A stretch of DNA of 64,000 nt from Patescibacteria group bacterium (lineage in GTDB: Bacteria > Patescibacteriota > Patescibacteriia > UBA10025 > JAHIVO01). The DNA lies in contig JAZDEZ010000007.1 in NCBI GenBank assembly GCA_043808365.1, positions 73,637-137,636 on the forward strand, given 5' to 3'. The notes under the pieces were generated by a model. That model was not told where the DNA came from. It saw only the letters and a list, made by a program, of their open reading frames with translations, and made no database searches. Each line of letters starts with the position of its first letter. The stretch's first letter is position 1. The position numbers and the translations under genes are program-made. Below, piece by piece: positions 16,251 through 24,076 of this stretch.

Positions 16251-16427
16251 TTAGCTTAGCAAAATTTTCGAGCCGATCATAATTCCTTAGTTAAAAAAGA
16301 GGCGATGAAAATTTGGCTAAGCTAATAATCCCGAGTAACCCGAAGGGAGCGAGGGATCTGACTAAATTTTCAAGCCGACCATAATTCCTTAGTTAAAAAA
16401 GAGGCGATGAAAATTTGGCTAAGATAA
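16251..16427. repeat. Tandem pair of ~75-bp MITE-like units with ~19-bp terminal inverted repeats (TTAGCTTAGCAAAATTTTC / GAAAATTTGGCTAAGCTAA), separated by an ATCCCGAG..CGAGGGATC hairpin
   Basis: Units lie at 16251-16325 and 16359-16427. The same family occurs at 50488-50673, with identical termini and a different interior. Confidence 0.8.
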
Positions 16428-16576
16428 CAATCCCGAAAAGGCCGGCAGGTAGCATAATTGGAGCGAATATCAAGTTTCGGCTAACCGAATGTTGACTGAA
16501 AATTCGAAAAATGCTAATAATTAACCATATAATATGATAGTTTTTGTCCTTTAACATTTTTTAATTGGAGGATCTC

Positions 16577-17032
16577 ATGTCCATAACTGCCAAGGAAAAG
16601 CTGATCTTTTGTTTAATTCAATTCGCCTTCATTGGCGGATTGATGTGCGTATCGTTCGTCCCGAAAAATTCGCCGTGGACCGCAATGTTTTGTCTGTTAG
16701 GTTTTGAATTGGCGTGTGGCGGAATGTTATTGAGTATTTTCTGGCGCAATAAAAACCTGATGAAATGTACAACATCATGTAAATCTTATCTTTATATCAG
16801 CGATGTTATAACATTATTTACCGGGCTATATATCATCTGGCTGACTAACTGGTATGATATTAAAAGTTTTTTCTTTCAAACCCCCGGGGAGGTTGGCCTG
16901 CAAATTCTCTTAATCCTCTGGCTCTGCTCATTGATATTAGCATGGAAATACTACGCTATCGAGCAAATCCTGCCGGCTGAAAAAAAGCAGGCCGTAAACA
17001 CCTATTGTTGTGGCGGATGCCATACTGGATGA
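16577..17032 (+). CDS. Polytopic membrane hypothetical protein with a Cys-rich C-terminus (CCGGCHTG)
   Basis: TGGAGGA RBS before the ATG at 16577. There are four hydrophobic segments. Confidence 0.6.
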   Translation: MSITAKEKLIFCLIQFAFIGGLMCVSFVPKNSPWTAMFCLLGFELACGGMLLSIFWRNKNLMKCTTSCKSYLYISDVITLFTGLYIIWLTNWYDIKSFFFQTPGEVGLQILLILWLCSLILAWKYYAIEQILPAEKKQAVNTYCCGGCHTG

Positions 17033-17078
17033 TGACCATATTCGCAACTGCCAAGGGCGTTAACAAAAACCACAAACA

Positions 17079-17111
17079 CCCTCGTTTCACTAAGACGAGG
17101 GTTATTTTTTT
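17079..17111 (+). terminator. Intrinsic terminator
   Basis: CCCTCG-N11-CGAGGG followed by a T-run. Confidence 0.75.
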
Positions 17112-17421
17112 GTTTTAATCTCGAGAATCCCGGGCATAGCCGAGGGGGATAAAAGATTTATTTTACGCCATCCTAAGCTAACTAAGATTATTTAAGTTAT
17201 TTGTCGCATTTCTAATGGGAATTATGGGGCCTCTGTCCTAGACGGACTGGGTTGACACATATTAATTGCCCGTGATATATTGGATTACTGCTCTTTACCA
17301 TTTTCGCTGGCTGCATGTCCGTAATAAAACGGGTGAATGCAGGGCGAATCAATATTAAACCCTTAAAAAACTACACTGGCTGCGGCACGGAAGTGGATCG
17401 CGGAGTGAATAGGAGGAAGCC

Positions 17422-17973
17422 ATGCCAGACAAACGATGTTTGCCAGTCGTGCTGTCAAATGAATGCAATTTCTATGCTTTCTTTAATGACAATTCGGATC
17501 GAATAATCATCGGGCCTCACTACCAAGAAACCATCCAGGATAAATTCCGACTCACGGAAAGATGTCCAGGACCGCTGGTTATAACAGTTACTAAACGTGA
17601 TAGCTGTGATAGGTTTGATAAACTTATCAAAATCGAACTCTGCTGCGCCTATTGCGGATACCAGGTCACCACAGATGAATACTTTTGGTTTGATGGTTAT
17701 CAGGAGATGTTATTCGCCTTCAGCCGTTGGTTTGCCATGACTGAATCGCCGTACCCACTCCCTCTAGGTAAAATGCCGGAAATCCCTTATAAAAGATCAC
17801 CGAGCGGCAAACTGTTCTGTCTTTATACGCACACGCGTAACCTCTATCTGGTACTGCTGCCCAATAGAGCACTTCAACCTTTTGCCTGGCAAGGAACCTC
17901 GATCATCCTAAATAATCTAGCAGAGGCTGATGGAGAATGCCGCACAAAAAAGAAAAAAGGCCTCGGGTTTTAA
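17422..17973 (+). CDS. Hypothetical Cys-rich protein
   Basis: 183-aa ORF with AGGAGGA RBS, preceded by a ~130-nt structured leader and followed by a hairpin terminator (17985-18015). Confidence 0.6.
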   Translation: MPDKRCLPVVLSNECNFYAFFNDNSDRIIIGPHYQETIQDKFRLTERCPGPLVITVTKRDSCDRFDKLIKIELCCAYCGYQVTTDEYFWFDGYQEMLFAFSRWFAMTESPYPLPLGKMPEIPYKRSPSGKLFCLYTHTRNLYLVLLPNRALQPFAWQGTSIILNNLAEADGECRTKKKKGLGF

Positions 17974-18070
17974 AAAAGACGCCGCCTTGCGTAATGTAAG
18001 GCGGCTTTATTTCACTATTGCTGAATTTAATAATATCATCTAACATTAAAAAAACAACCAAGGAGGAATT

Positions 18071-18271
18071 TTGGCAAAAAGAAAAAAGCCTTGTCCCAGT
18101 GGCAATCATACCAGCTCCAAAGAACAGATTGTCGTTCGATATTGCATCCTATGCGGTGGTGAGGTCAATAAAAATGCCGAAGCGGCGCCTAATTGCTCGC
18201 AATACCACTTGGAAAGAAGAAATAGAGGTTACAATTATTGCCCTGATTGCGGGAAAAATATCAGCTCATAA
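18071..18271 (+). CDS. Small zinc-ribbon protein
   Basis: 66 aa with two CxxC pairs (CILCGG .. CPDCGK). AGGAGG lies 4 nt before a TTG start, and a terminator hairpin follows. Preferred over the overlapping 18018-18356 ORF. Confidence 0.55.
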   Translation: MAKRKKPCPSGNHTSSKEQIVVRYCILCGGEVNKNAEAAPNCSQYHLERRNRGYNYCPDCGKNISS

Positions 18272-18409
18272 GGAATCGACGGGTAGCACTAAAATAATGC
18301 TCCCGTTTTTTTATCAGCAGGCGGAGCAGGCTAAAAGGCCATGCGATGTAAAATAAAAAAAGCCCAGGTATGACATTTTAACTTCTCATTGACACAGAAA
18401 TCCCTAAAA

Positions 18410-18438
18410 TTGACAAAACAATGCCCGCATAGTATACT
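18410..18438 (+). promoter_or_regulatory. Sigma70-like promoter of clpP
   Basis: TTGACA, 17 nt, TATACT. Confidence 0.65.
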
Positions 18439-18469
18439 GCAAAACACGTTTTAACCAACTAAATAAGTT

Positions 18470-19042
18470 ATGTATCTCATCCCGACGGTTATAGAAAAAT
18501 CCAATTTCGGTGAACGAGCTTACGACATTTACTCTCGGCTACTTAAAGATAGGATTATATTCCTGGGCAACCCCATTTCGGACGATGTGGCCAATACGGT
18601 CATAGCGCAGCTTTTATTTTTGGATTCCGAGGACAAGGCCAAGGATATAAAACTTTACATCAACACACCGGGCGGCTCGGTCACTGCGGGTATGGCGATC
18701 TACGATACGATGCAATATGTGAAGCCGGACGTGGCCACGATTTGCGTGGGCATGGCCGCTTCCATGGGCGCGGTTCTGTTAGCCTCCGGCAAAAAGGGCA
18801 AACGTTTTGTCCTGCCGAATTCCGAAATCCTCCTGCACCAGATCATGGGCGGCGCCGAAGGCCAAGCCATCGACGTCCAGATCCGGGCGGAGCACATCCT
18901 GCGCATCCGCGATCGGCTCAATGACATGATCGCCAAACACACCGGACAGACCCTGGATCGGATCAAGAAAGACACGGACCGCGATTTCTTCATGAACGCG
19001 GAACAAGCTAAGAAATACGGCGTCGTAGACAAGATCATCTAG
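18470..19042 (+). CDS. clpP: ATP-dependent Clp protease proteolytic subunit
   Basis: 190 aa. Motifs [27 protein letters not shown] (catalytic Ser) and [10 protein letters not shown] (catalytic His). Confidence 0.95.
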   Translation: MYLIPTVIEKSNFGERAYDIYSRLLKDRIIFLGNPISDDVANTVIAQLLFLDSEDKAKDIKLYINTPGGSVTAGMAIYDTMQYVKPDVATICVGMAASMGAVLLASGKKGKRFVLPNSEILLHQIMGGAEGQAIDVQIRAEHILRIRDRLNDMIAKHTGQTLDRIKKDTDRDFFMNAEQAKKYGVVDKII

Positions 19043-19174
19043 CCCTAAGCCCACAACATCTTTAAGTAGCTGAGAGGACTCCCGACGATACGTCGGGAAA
19101 GCCGAAGATTTTTTATGGCCAATATCAGCACTTTATCACGCATTAATTAACAATTATCAATAGGATACTTTCGT

Positions 19175-20707
19175 ATGAATGATGCAAGCTTAATTTGGAT
19201 CATCCTGACCTGCGTCGGCCTGCCTGGCGGTATAATTACCGGCTGGTGGGGACGCAAATTTTGGGCGACCAAGCAAATCAATACCGCCGAAGCTAAGCTC
19301 AACCAGCTTATCCAAGAAACTAAAAACAAACAGAAAGAACTGCTGATCCAGGCCAAGGACAGGGCCATGCAGGTGATAGAAGACGCCAAACGCGAGGCGG
19401 ACAGCCGACGGCGCGAAGTCATGCATCTGCAGGATCGCATGGAAAAACGCGAAAGCCTGTTTGACCAAAAACTCCTTGACCTCGAAGGAAAACAACAGCA
19501 GTTACTGGACAAGGCCAATCGTCTAGAAGCGGCTAAACAGGAAATCCTCAAGATCAAAGACCAGCAGATGAAAAAACTGGAACAGATCGCTAACCTGACC
19601 CAGGAAGATGCCAAACGGGTATTGCTCGAAAATACCGAAAGCGGGATGAAGGAGGAACTGGTCCAGAGAATAAGCAAACTCCAGCATGAATCAAATGAAA
19701 CTGTGGAAAAAGAGGCGAAAAACATGCTCTCCCGCGTGATCCAACGGTGCGCCGCCCCGCATACTGCCGAGACGACTACAACCGTGGTCAACCTGCCGTC
19801 CGACGAAATGAAGGGCCGGATCATCGGCCGCGAGGGCCGGAACATCAAAACTCTTGAACAGCTCACCGGCGTGGAAATAATCGTCGACGACACGCCAGAA
19901 GCCATTGTCATTTCCGGCTTCTCGCCCATCCGCCGCCACCTGGCCAAGCGGGCATTAGAAAAATTGATCCAGGACGGCCGCATCCATCCGGGCCGGATCG
20001 AGGAAACTATTGAAATCGCAAAAAAGGAACTAGCCGCTGACATCAGAAAAGCCGGCGATGAAGCGTGTTATGAAGTCGGCATTGCCGGCATGGACAATAA
20101 ACTTATACAAATCGTCGGCCGTCTGAAATACCGCACCAGCTATGGGCAAAACATCCTGCGCCATTCAATTGAAGTGGCCCACCTGTCCGCGCTCCTCGCC
20201 GAAGAATTAGGCGCTGACGTGGCTGTGGCTAAAAAAGGCGGATTCCTCCATGATATCGGCAAAGCTGTTGACCATGAAGTCCAGGGCACCCATCCGGAAA
20301 TCGGACAGGATATCGGACGTAAATTCAAACTCCCCCAGTCAATCATCAACTGTATTGCCTATCACCATGAAGATGCGCCTCCGTCATTGGAAGCGGTGAT
20401 CGTCAAGGTAGCTGACGCCATTTCCGGCGCCCGGCCTGGCGCGCGCAAAGACACCTACGAGCAATATATCCAGCGATTAGACGAACTCGAAGGGCTGGCA
20501 AAGTCATTCGAGGGCGTGGAGAAATCCTATGCCATCCAGGCCGGCCGGGAAGTGCGGGTCTTTGTCGTTCCGGACAAGATTGATGATCTGGCTGCGGTCA
20601 AATTGGCAAAAGATATCGCCAAACGCATAGAAGAAGAGCTGAAATACCCCGGTGAAATCAAAGTGAATGTTATCCGGGAAAAACGCATCATCGAATATGC
20701 CAGGTAA
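19175..20707 (+). CDS. rny: Ribonuclease Y
   Basis: 510 aa with an N-terminal TM helix, a coiled coil, a KH domain (MKGRIIGREGRNIKTLE) and an HD domain (HSIEVAHLSA..GFLHDIGK). Confidence 0.93.
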   Translation: MNDASLIWIILTCVGLPGGIITGWWGRKFWATKQINTAEAKLNQLIQETKNKQKELLIQAKDRAMQVIEDAKREADSRRREVMHLQDRMEKRESLFDQKLLDLEGKQQQLLDKANRLEAAKQEILKIKDQQMKKLEQIANLTQEDAKRVLLENTESGMKEELVQRISKLQHESNETVEKEAKNMLSRVIQRCAAPHTAETTTTVVNLPSDEMKGRIIGREGRNIKTLEQLTGVEIIVDDTPEAIVISGFSPIRRHLAKRALEKLIQDGRIHPGRIEETIEIAKKELAADIRKAGDEACYEVGIAGMDNKLIQIVGRLKYRTSYGQNILRHSIEVAHLSALLAEELGADVAVAKKGGFLHDIGKAVDHEVQGTHPEIGQDIGRKFKLPQSIINCIAYHHEDAPPSLEAVIVKVADAISGARPGARKDTYEQYIQRLDELEGLAKSFEGVEKSYAIQAGREVRVFVVPDKIDDLAAVKLAKDIAKRIEEELKYPGEIKVNVIREKRIIEYAR

Positions 20708-21506
20708 AACGCTTTCCATCCTATTTTTTGGCGATATAGTCGGCAAACCAGGCCGCAAAGCCCTGGCTGCCGTATTGCCTGGCATAAAGAAAGAGTTGCA
20801 ACCAGACCTGGTCATCGCCAATGCCGAAAATATCGCGCATGGCATCGGCATCACCTCCAAAACCCTGAATGAATGCCGGCAAGCCGGCGTGGATTTCTTC
20901 ACGTCAGGCAACCACGCCTTCAAGAAACCCGACGTCCTGAATATTTTCGCTGATCCGGACGCGCCGCTCATCCGACCGGCCAACTTCCTGGAACAAGAGT
21001 CAGGCGCGGGGTTTCGTGCTATCACGATTGGCAAAATGTCGCTTCTCGTGGTAAACTTAAACGGCCAGGTATTCATTGAAGAAAAATTTTCCTCCCCCTT
21101 CGCCGCCATTGACCAGATTTTGGCCCAGCGCCACGACACTGAACTTGCGGGAGTTTTCGTCGACCTGCACGCCGAGGCGACGTCCGAAAAAGTGGCGTTT
21201 GGCTGGCACGTTGACGGCCGCGTATCAGCGGTGATCGGCACTCATACCCATATACCGACGGCGGATGAAAAAATATTGCCAAAAGGCACGGCCTATATCA
21301 CTGATGCGGGAATGGTTGGGCTGAAAGAATCGGTCATTGGGGTGGATAAGGACATTATCCTCAATAACTTCACCAATACCGAAACGACAGCGCATGACAT
21401 ACCGGACTATGGGGCATGCGTAGTAAATGCAGTGCTTGTCACTATTGATCCAGCTACCCGCAAAGCGACTGATATCCGCCGTATCCACCGTGAAATCTCT
21501 ATTTAA
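20697..21506 (+). CDS. ymdB: YmdB-like metallophosphoesterase (2',3'-cyclic-nucleotide phosphodiesterase family)
   Basis: LFFGDIVGKPGR, ANAENIAHGIGIT, GNHAF and GTHTHIPTAD. The ATG at 20697 overlaps the rny stop by 11 nt. The rny-ymdB pairing is conserved in Firmicutes-like genomes. Confidence 0.85.
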   Translation: MPGKTLSILFFGDIVGKPGRKALAAVLPGIKKELQPDLVIANAENIAHGIGITSKTLNECRQAGVDFFTSGNHAFKKPDVLNIFADPDAPLIRPANFLEQESGAGFRAITIGKMSLLVVNLNGQVFIEEKFSSPFAAIDQILAQRHDTELAGVFVDLHAEATSEKVAFGWHVDGRVSAVIGTHTHIPTADEKILPKGTAYITDAGMVGLKESVIGVDKDIILNNFTNTETTAHDIPDYGACVVNAVLVTIDPATRKATDIRRIHREISI

Positions 21507-21592
21507 AAGCAAAATTAACACCCTAAAAGGTCGAGGAATACTAACCATCAGCTTGGCCCGGAGGAGCGAGCTAAACTAACGATTTATTACCC

Positions 21593-21877
21593 ATGAACAA
21601 AGCTGAACTCATTGAAAAGATCGCCGAAAAAGTCGGCGTCACTAAAAAACAGTCAGAGGACATGCTCGAAGCTTTTGAGGACATCACCACCGACACCCTG
21701 AAAGGCGGCGGTGAAGTAACTCTCACCGGCTTTGGCACGTTCATGGCCAAACACCGGTCAGCCCGCGGCGGCGTCAATCCGCAGAACCCGACAGAACGCA
21801 TCCAGGTACCGGCCGTAACCGTCCCGAAATTCAAGGCCGGCAAAGCCCTGAAAGACGCATTAAAAGGCAAAGCATAA
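21593..21877 (+). CDS. hup: HU-family DNA-binding protein
   Basis: 94 aa. MNKAELIEKIAEK.. GFGTF..R.ARGGVNPQNPTERIQVPA..VPKFKAGKALKDA. Confidence 0.92.
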   Translation: MNKAELIEKIAEKVGVTKKQSEDMLEAFEDITTDTLKGGGEVTLTGFGTFMAKHRSARGGVNPQNPTERIQVPAVTVPKFKAGKALKDALKGKA

Positions 21878-22008
21878 CTTCCGTATTGTACGGATAAAAA
21901 AACTCCCTGGTTGTCTCAGGGGGTTTTTGTTTTGGGATTGACAAGCACCCCAGCATGAACTAAGCTTCACTAATACAAAAATCGTAAACCGTTCACGTGG
22001 AGGTAAGT

Positions 22009-22365
22009 ATGTATATAAAAAACGTAGAGCTCAGGTGTCTGGTACTGGAATTTAACAAAGCGCGCGGCGGTTTGATTCTAACAGTGTTATCTAACACGCT
22101 TCTTCCATACCCATCCGGGTATCCCGTGCTCATTGTTGTTCCCTGTGAACAGAGAGTTGGACATACCTATCACGGCCAGGGACTGCTCTGGATCCCCTTC
22201 GCACAAGCGCTGGCAGAAAGTGGCGTAAACCAACCATTTGTAGTGCACGTCACCGGTGAAATCGAACTGGTCAAATCACTGGCTCTCTATCCGCAACAGC
22301 CGAAAGAACAGTGGCCGACCAAGCCGACGCTAATAATTAAAGCCAGCTACCTGAACATCGAGTAA
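22009..22365 (+). CDS. Hypothetical protein
   Basis: TGGAGGT RBS before the ATG at 22009. Its last 10 codons plus the terminator are duplicated at 23461-23556. Confidence 0.55.
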   Translation: MYIKNVELRCLVLEFNKARGGLILTVLSNTLLPYPSGYPVLIVVPCEQRVGHTYHGQGLLWIPFAQALAESGVNQPFVVHVTGEIELVKSLALYPQQPKEQWPTKPTLIIKASYLNIE

Positions 22366-22714
22366 TCCAGGCAGCAACCGTAACGAAAATACCACACAAA
22401 AACCCGACGTCACCAGGCGCCGGGTTCTTTTATTACCAGAAAAACTCCCTGGTTGTCTCGGGGGTTTTTGTTTAGTAAAAACAATATTTCGCCCAATGAC
22501 CAAAACCCGGCGCGATGATCGGACATGCAAAACTTAGTAGTAAGACATTTTAACTTCCCGTTGGCAATCTCCAAATTTTTGTTGACAACCTATTGTGCTC
22601 AATGCGATAATAAATCAAAGAAAAATGGTTTTTTGTAAGTCACGACAGAACAGAACCTTAGGAAACCTATGTCCATTGGAGAGTCTGTATTGTTTGGGTC
22701 ATAATGGAGGATTG

Positions 22715-22927
22715 ATGAATATGTACACGTTATCAGAACAAGAAAGTAAAGAGTTGTGGAGCGTTATAGACAACACGTTCCCAGTTGAGATGAGTCCCAT
22801 TACACCTCAGGGAGCTCTAAGAGAATGGTGGAGTATGGTACAGGGGCCATTGTGGGATGCATTGACTGAAATTGACCGAGATCAAATGCGGTCAGCTTCA
22901 GAAGCGCACGAAATCTGGATCCGGTAA
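22715..22927 (+). CDS. Small hypothetical protein
   Basis: GGAGG RBS before MNMYTLSEQESKELW. A TTGACA-N17-GATAAT promoter lies at about 22584. The terminator is at 22964-22989. Confidence 0.5.
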   Translation: MNMYTLSEQESKELWSVIDNTFPVEMSPITPQGALREWWSMVQGPLWDALTEIDRDQMRSASEAHEIWIR

Positions 22928-22963
22928 TGGCTTCGTTTTGGACTTCAATTTAAAACGTAAAAA

Positions 22964-22989
22964 GTGGCGATAGGTCCGCCACTTTTTTT
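22964..22989 (+). terminator. Intrinsic terminator
   Basis: GTGGCG-N7-CGCCAC followed by T7. It overlaps the ORF-track start of the next ORF, which argues for a later start. Confidence 0.75.
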
Positions 22990-22996
22990 GTGCATC

Positions 22997-23380
22997 ATGA
23001 CAGTGATCCAATATACAGTCTTTGATCCTCAATCCCAGGAGTTTGGCAAGCATATAGAAGAATTGCTTACTCCGTCTACGTTGACTGACCGCCACAACTA
23101 CTCTCTCGCCAGCATTCTCAACATCTTGATTGATCGCTTAGGGGCAAAAGCCGTGGTGAACGAGCCGAGATATATCGATGCTGACTACGCCAATATGTAT
23201 GCCCATTGGTATGCTACCGCGTTGCATAAGCACGACAATCTCTGTACTCGACTACACTTCTTCAAGACTAAGGTGTCACTTGAAGACTTACGGTCGTTCG
23301 ACGTAAACTCGATAGACTACCTCGGCGATATGATTTTTAACTTCTATGATACGTGGACGAGTTGGAAAAACGGCGGTTGA
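22997..23380 (+). CDS. Hypothetical protein
   Basis: ORF from MTVIQYTVFDPQ. No clear RBS and no recognisable domain. Confidence 0.45.
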   Translation: MTVIQYTVFDPQSQEFGKHIEELLTPSTLTDRHNYSLASILNILIDRLGAKAVVNEPRYIDADYANMYAHWYATALHKHDNLCTRLHFFKTKVSLEDLRSFDVNSIDYLGDMIFNFYDTWTSWKNGG

Positions 23381-23578
23381 GGTGTTTTATTTGAGCGAAG
23401 AATTACTTCTAGGGGCTTCCAACAACTTTCTTCCGAATAGACTATGACGCCAGAGCTGGTAATTAAAGCCAGCTACCTGAACATCGAGTAATCCAAGCGG
23501 TTGCCATACTGAAAATACCACATAAAAACCCGATGCTATCACACGCCGGGTTTTTAATTTCGGGAAGATATCAACCGC

Positions 23579-23653
23579 TGGTGGGTGCACCAGGATTCGA
23601 ACCTGGAACCACCACTTTATAAGAGTGGCGCTCTACCATTGAGCTATGCACCC
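23579..23653 (-). tRNA. tRNA-Ile (anticodon UAU) with encoded CCA
   Basis: GGGTGCA TA GCTC AATGGTA GAGC G CCACT CTTATAA AGTGG TGGTT CCAGG TTCGAAT CCTGG TGCACCC A CCA. All stems are perfect. Confidence 0.9.
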
Positions 23654-23739
23654 ATAATAATTTCGCAAATCTTTTTTAACATCAACCCCCACGGCACCTG
23701 TCCCCCGAAGTCCCGAACGAAGTGAGGGAACGAAGGGGG

Positions 23740-23883
23740 ATAAGAGTGGTGCTCCCTGCCCCGTAAAAACGAACGTAGTGAGTTTTGTACGGGGTAACCA
23801 ACTGCCTGCCCCGATAGAAATCGAAGATTTCGTACGGGGCCTGCCCGCCGCAGCGTACTCACGAAGGCGGGAGCTATGCACCC
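23740..23883 (-). pseudogene. Duplicated tRNA-Ile(UAU) 5' half broken into three pieces by GC-rich hairpin insertions
   Basis: The pieces GGGTGCATAGCTC (23883-23871), AGTTGGTTA (23803-23795) and GAGCACCACTCTTAT (23754-23740) concatenate to acceptor strand, D arm and anticodon stem/loop up to UAU. The gaps are CCTG-prefixed hairpins. Confidence 0.65.
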
Positions 23884-23914
23884 ACGCATTATCATCCTAA
23901 TATAAATTATAACA

Positions 23915-24022
23915 AATTACCAATATCCAATTACAAATATCCAATCAATTCTCAAAATCCCAATAAAGCAATTGAACATTGGTCATTCATTGGATATTGG
24001 CTATTATAAAATTGGATATTAG
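23915..24022. repeat. AT-rich CCAAT/ATTGG long palindromic element
   Basis: Arms CCAATATCCAAT (23920-23931) and ATTGGATATTGG (23989-24000) are exact reverse complements. It is homologous to 32070-32188. Confidence 0.75.
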
Positions 24023-24076
24023 TCCCCGGTAACCGAAAACAAACATGAATTACCTGCATAATCATATTACCGGCGC

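Noticed and set aside
18018-18356. A 112-aa ORF overlapping the zinc-ribbon ORF.
   Set aside because: The 66-aa frame has paired CxxC motifs and an AGGAGG RBS. The 112-aa frame has neither, and it runs through the terminator hairpin.
19147-20043. A 298-aa ORF antisense to rny. Similar long antisense ORFs occur at 25719-26717 (ftsH), 20504-21241 (ymdB), 35944-36747 and 35532-36128 (gyrA), 12404-12889 (infB), 33805-34497, 38424-38909 and 10346-10891.
   Set aside because: These are shadow ORFs opposite well-supported conserved genes. They have low-complexity Ser/Arg/Cys-rich translations, no RBS and no domain signatures.
23633-23895. 82-83-aa minus-strand ORFs overlapping the tRNA-Ile upstream region.
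   Set aside because: They are composed of tRNA fragments and hairpin repeats and have no RBS. They are better explained as non-coding.
23381-24076. The tRNA-Ile locus could be an attachment site of an integrated prophage or genomic island.
   Set aside because: No integrase, phage or conjugation genes occur in the window. The duplicated segment is the 5' half, not the usual 3' half, and lies only ~230 bp away. A deletion-reduced scar remains possible.
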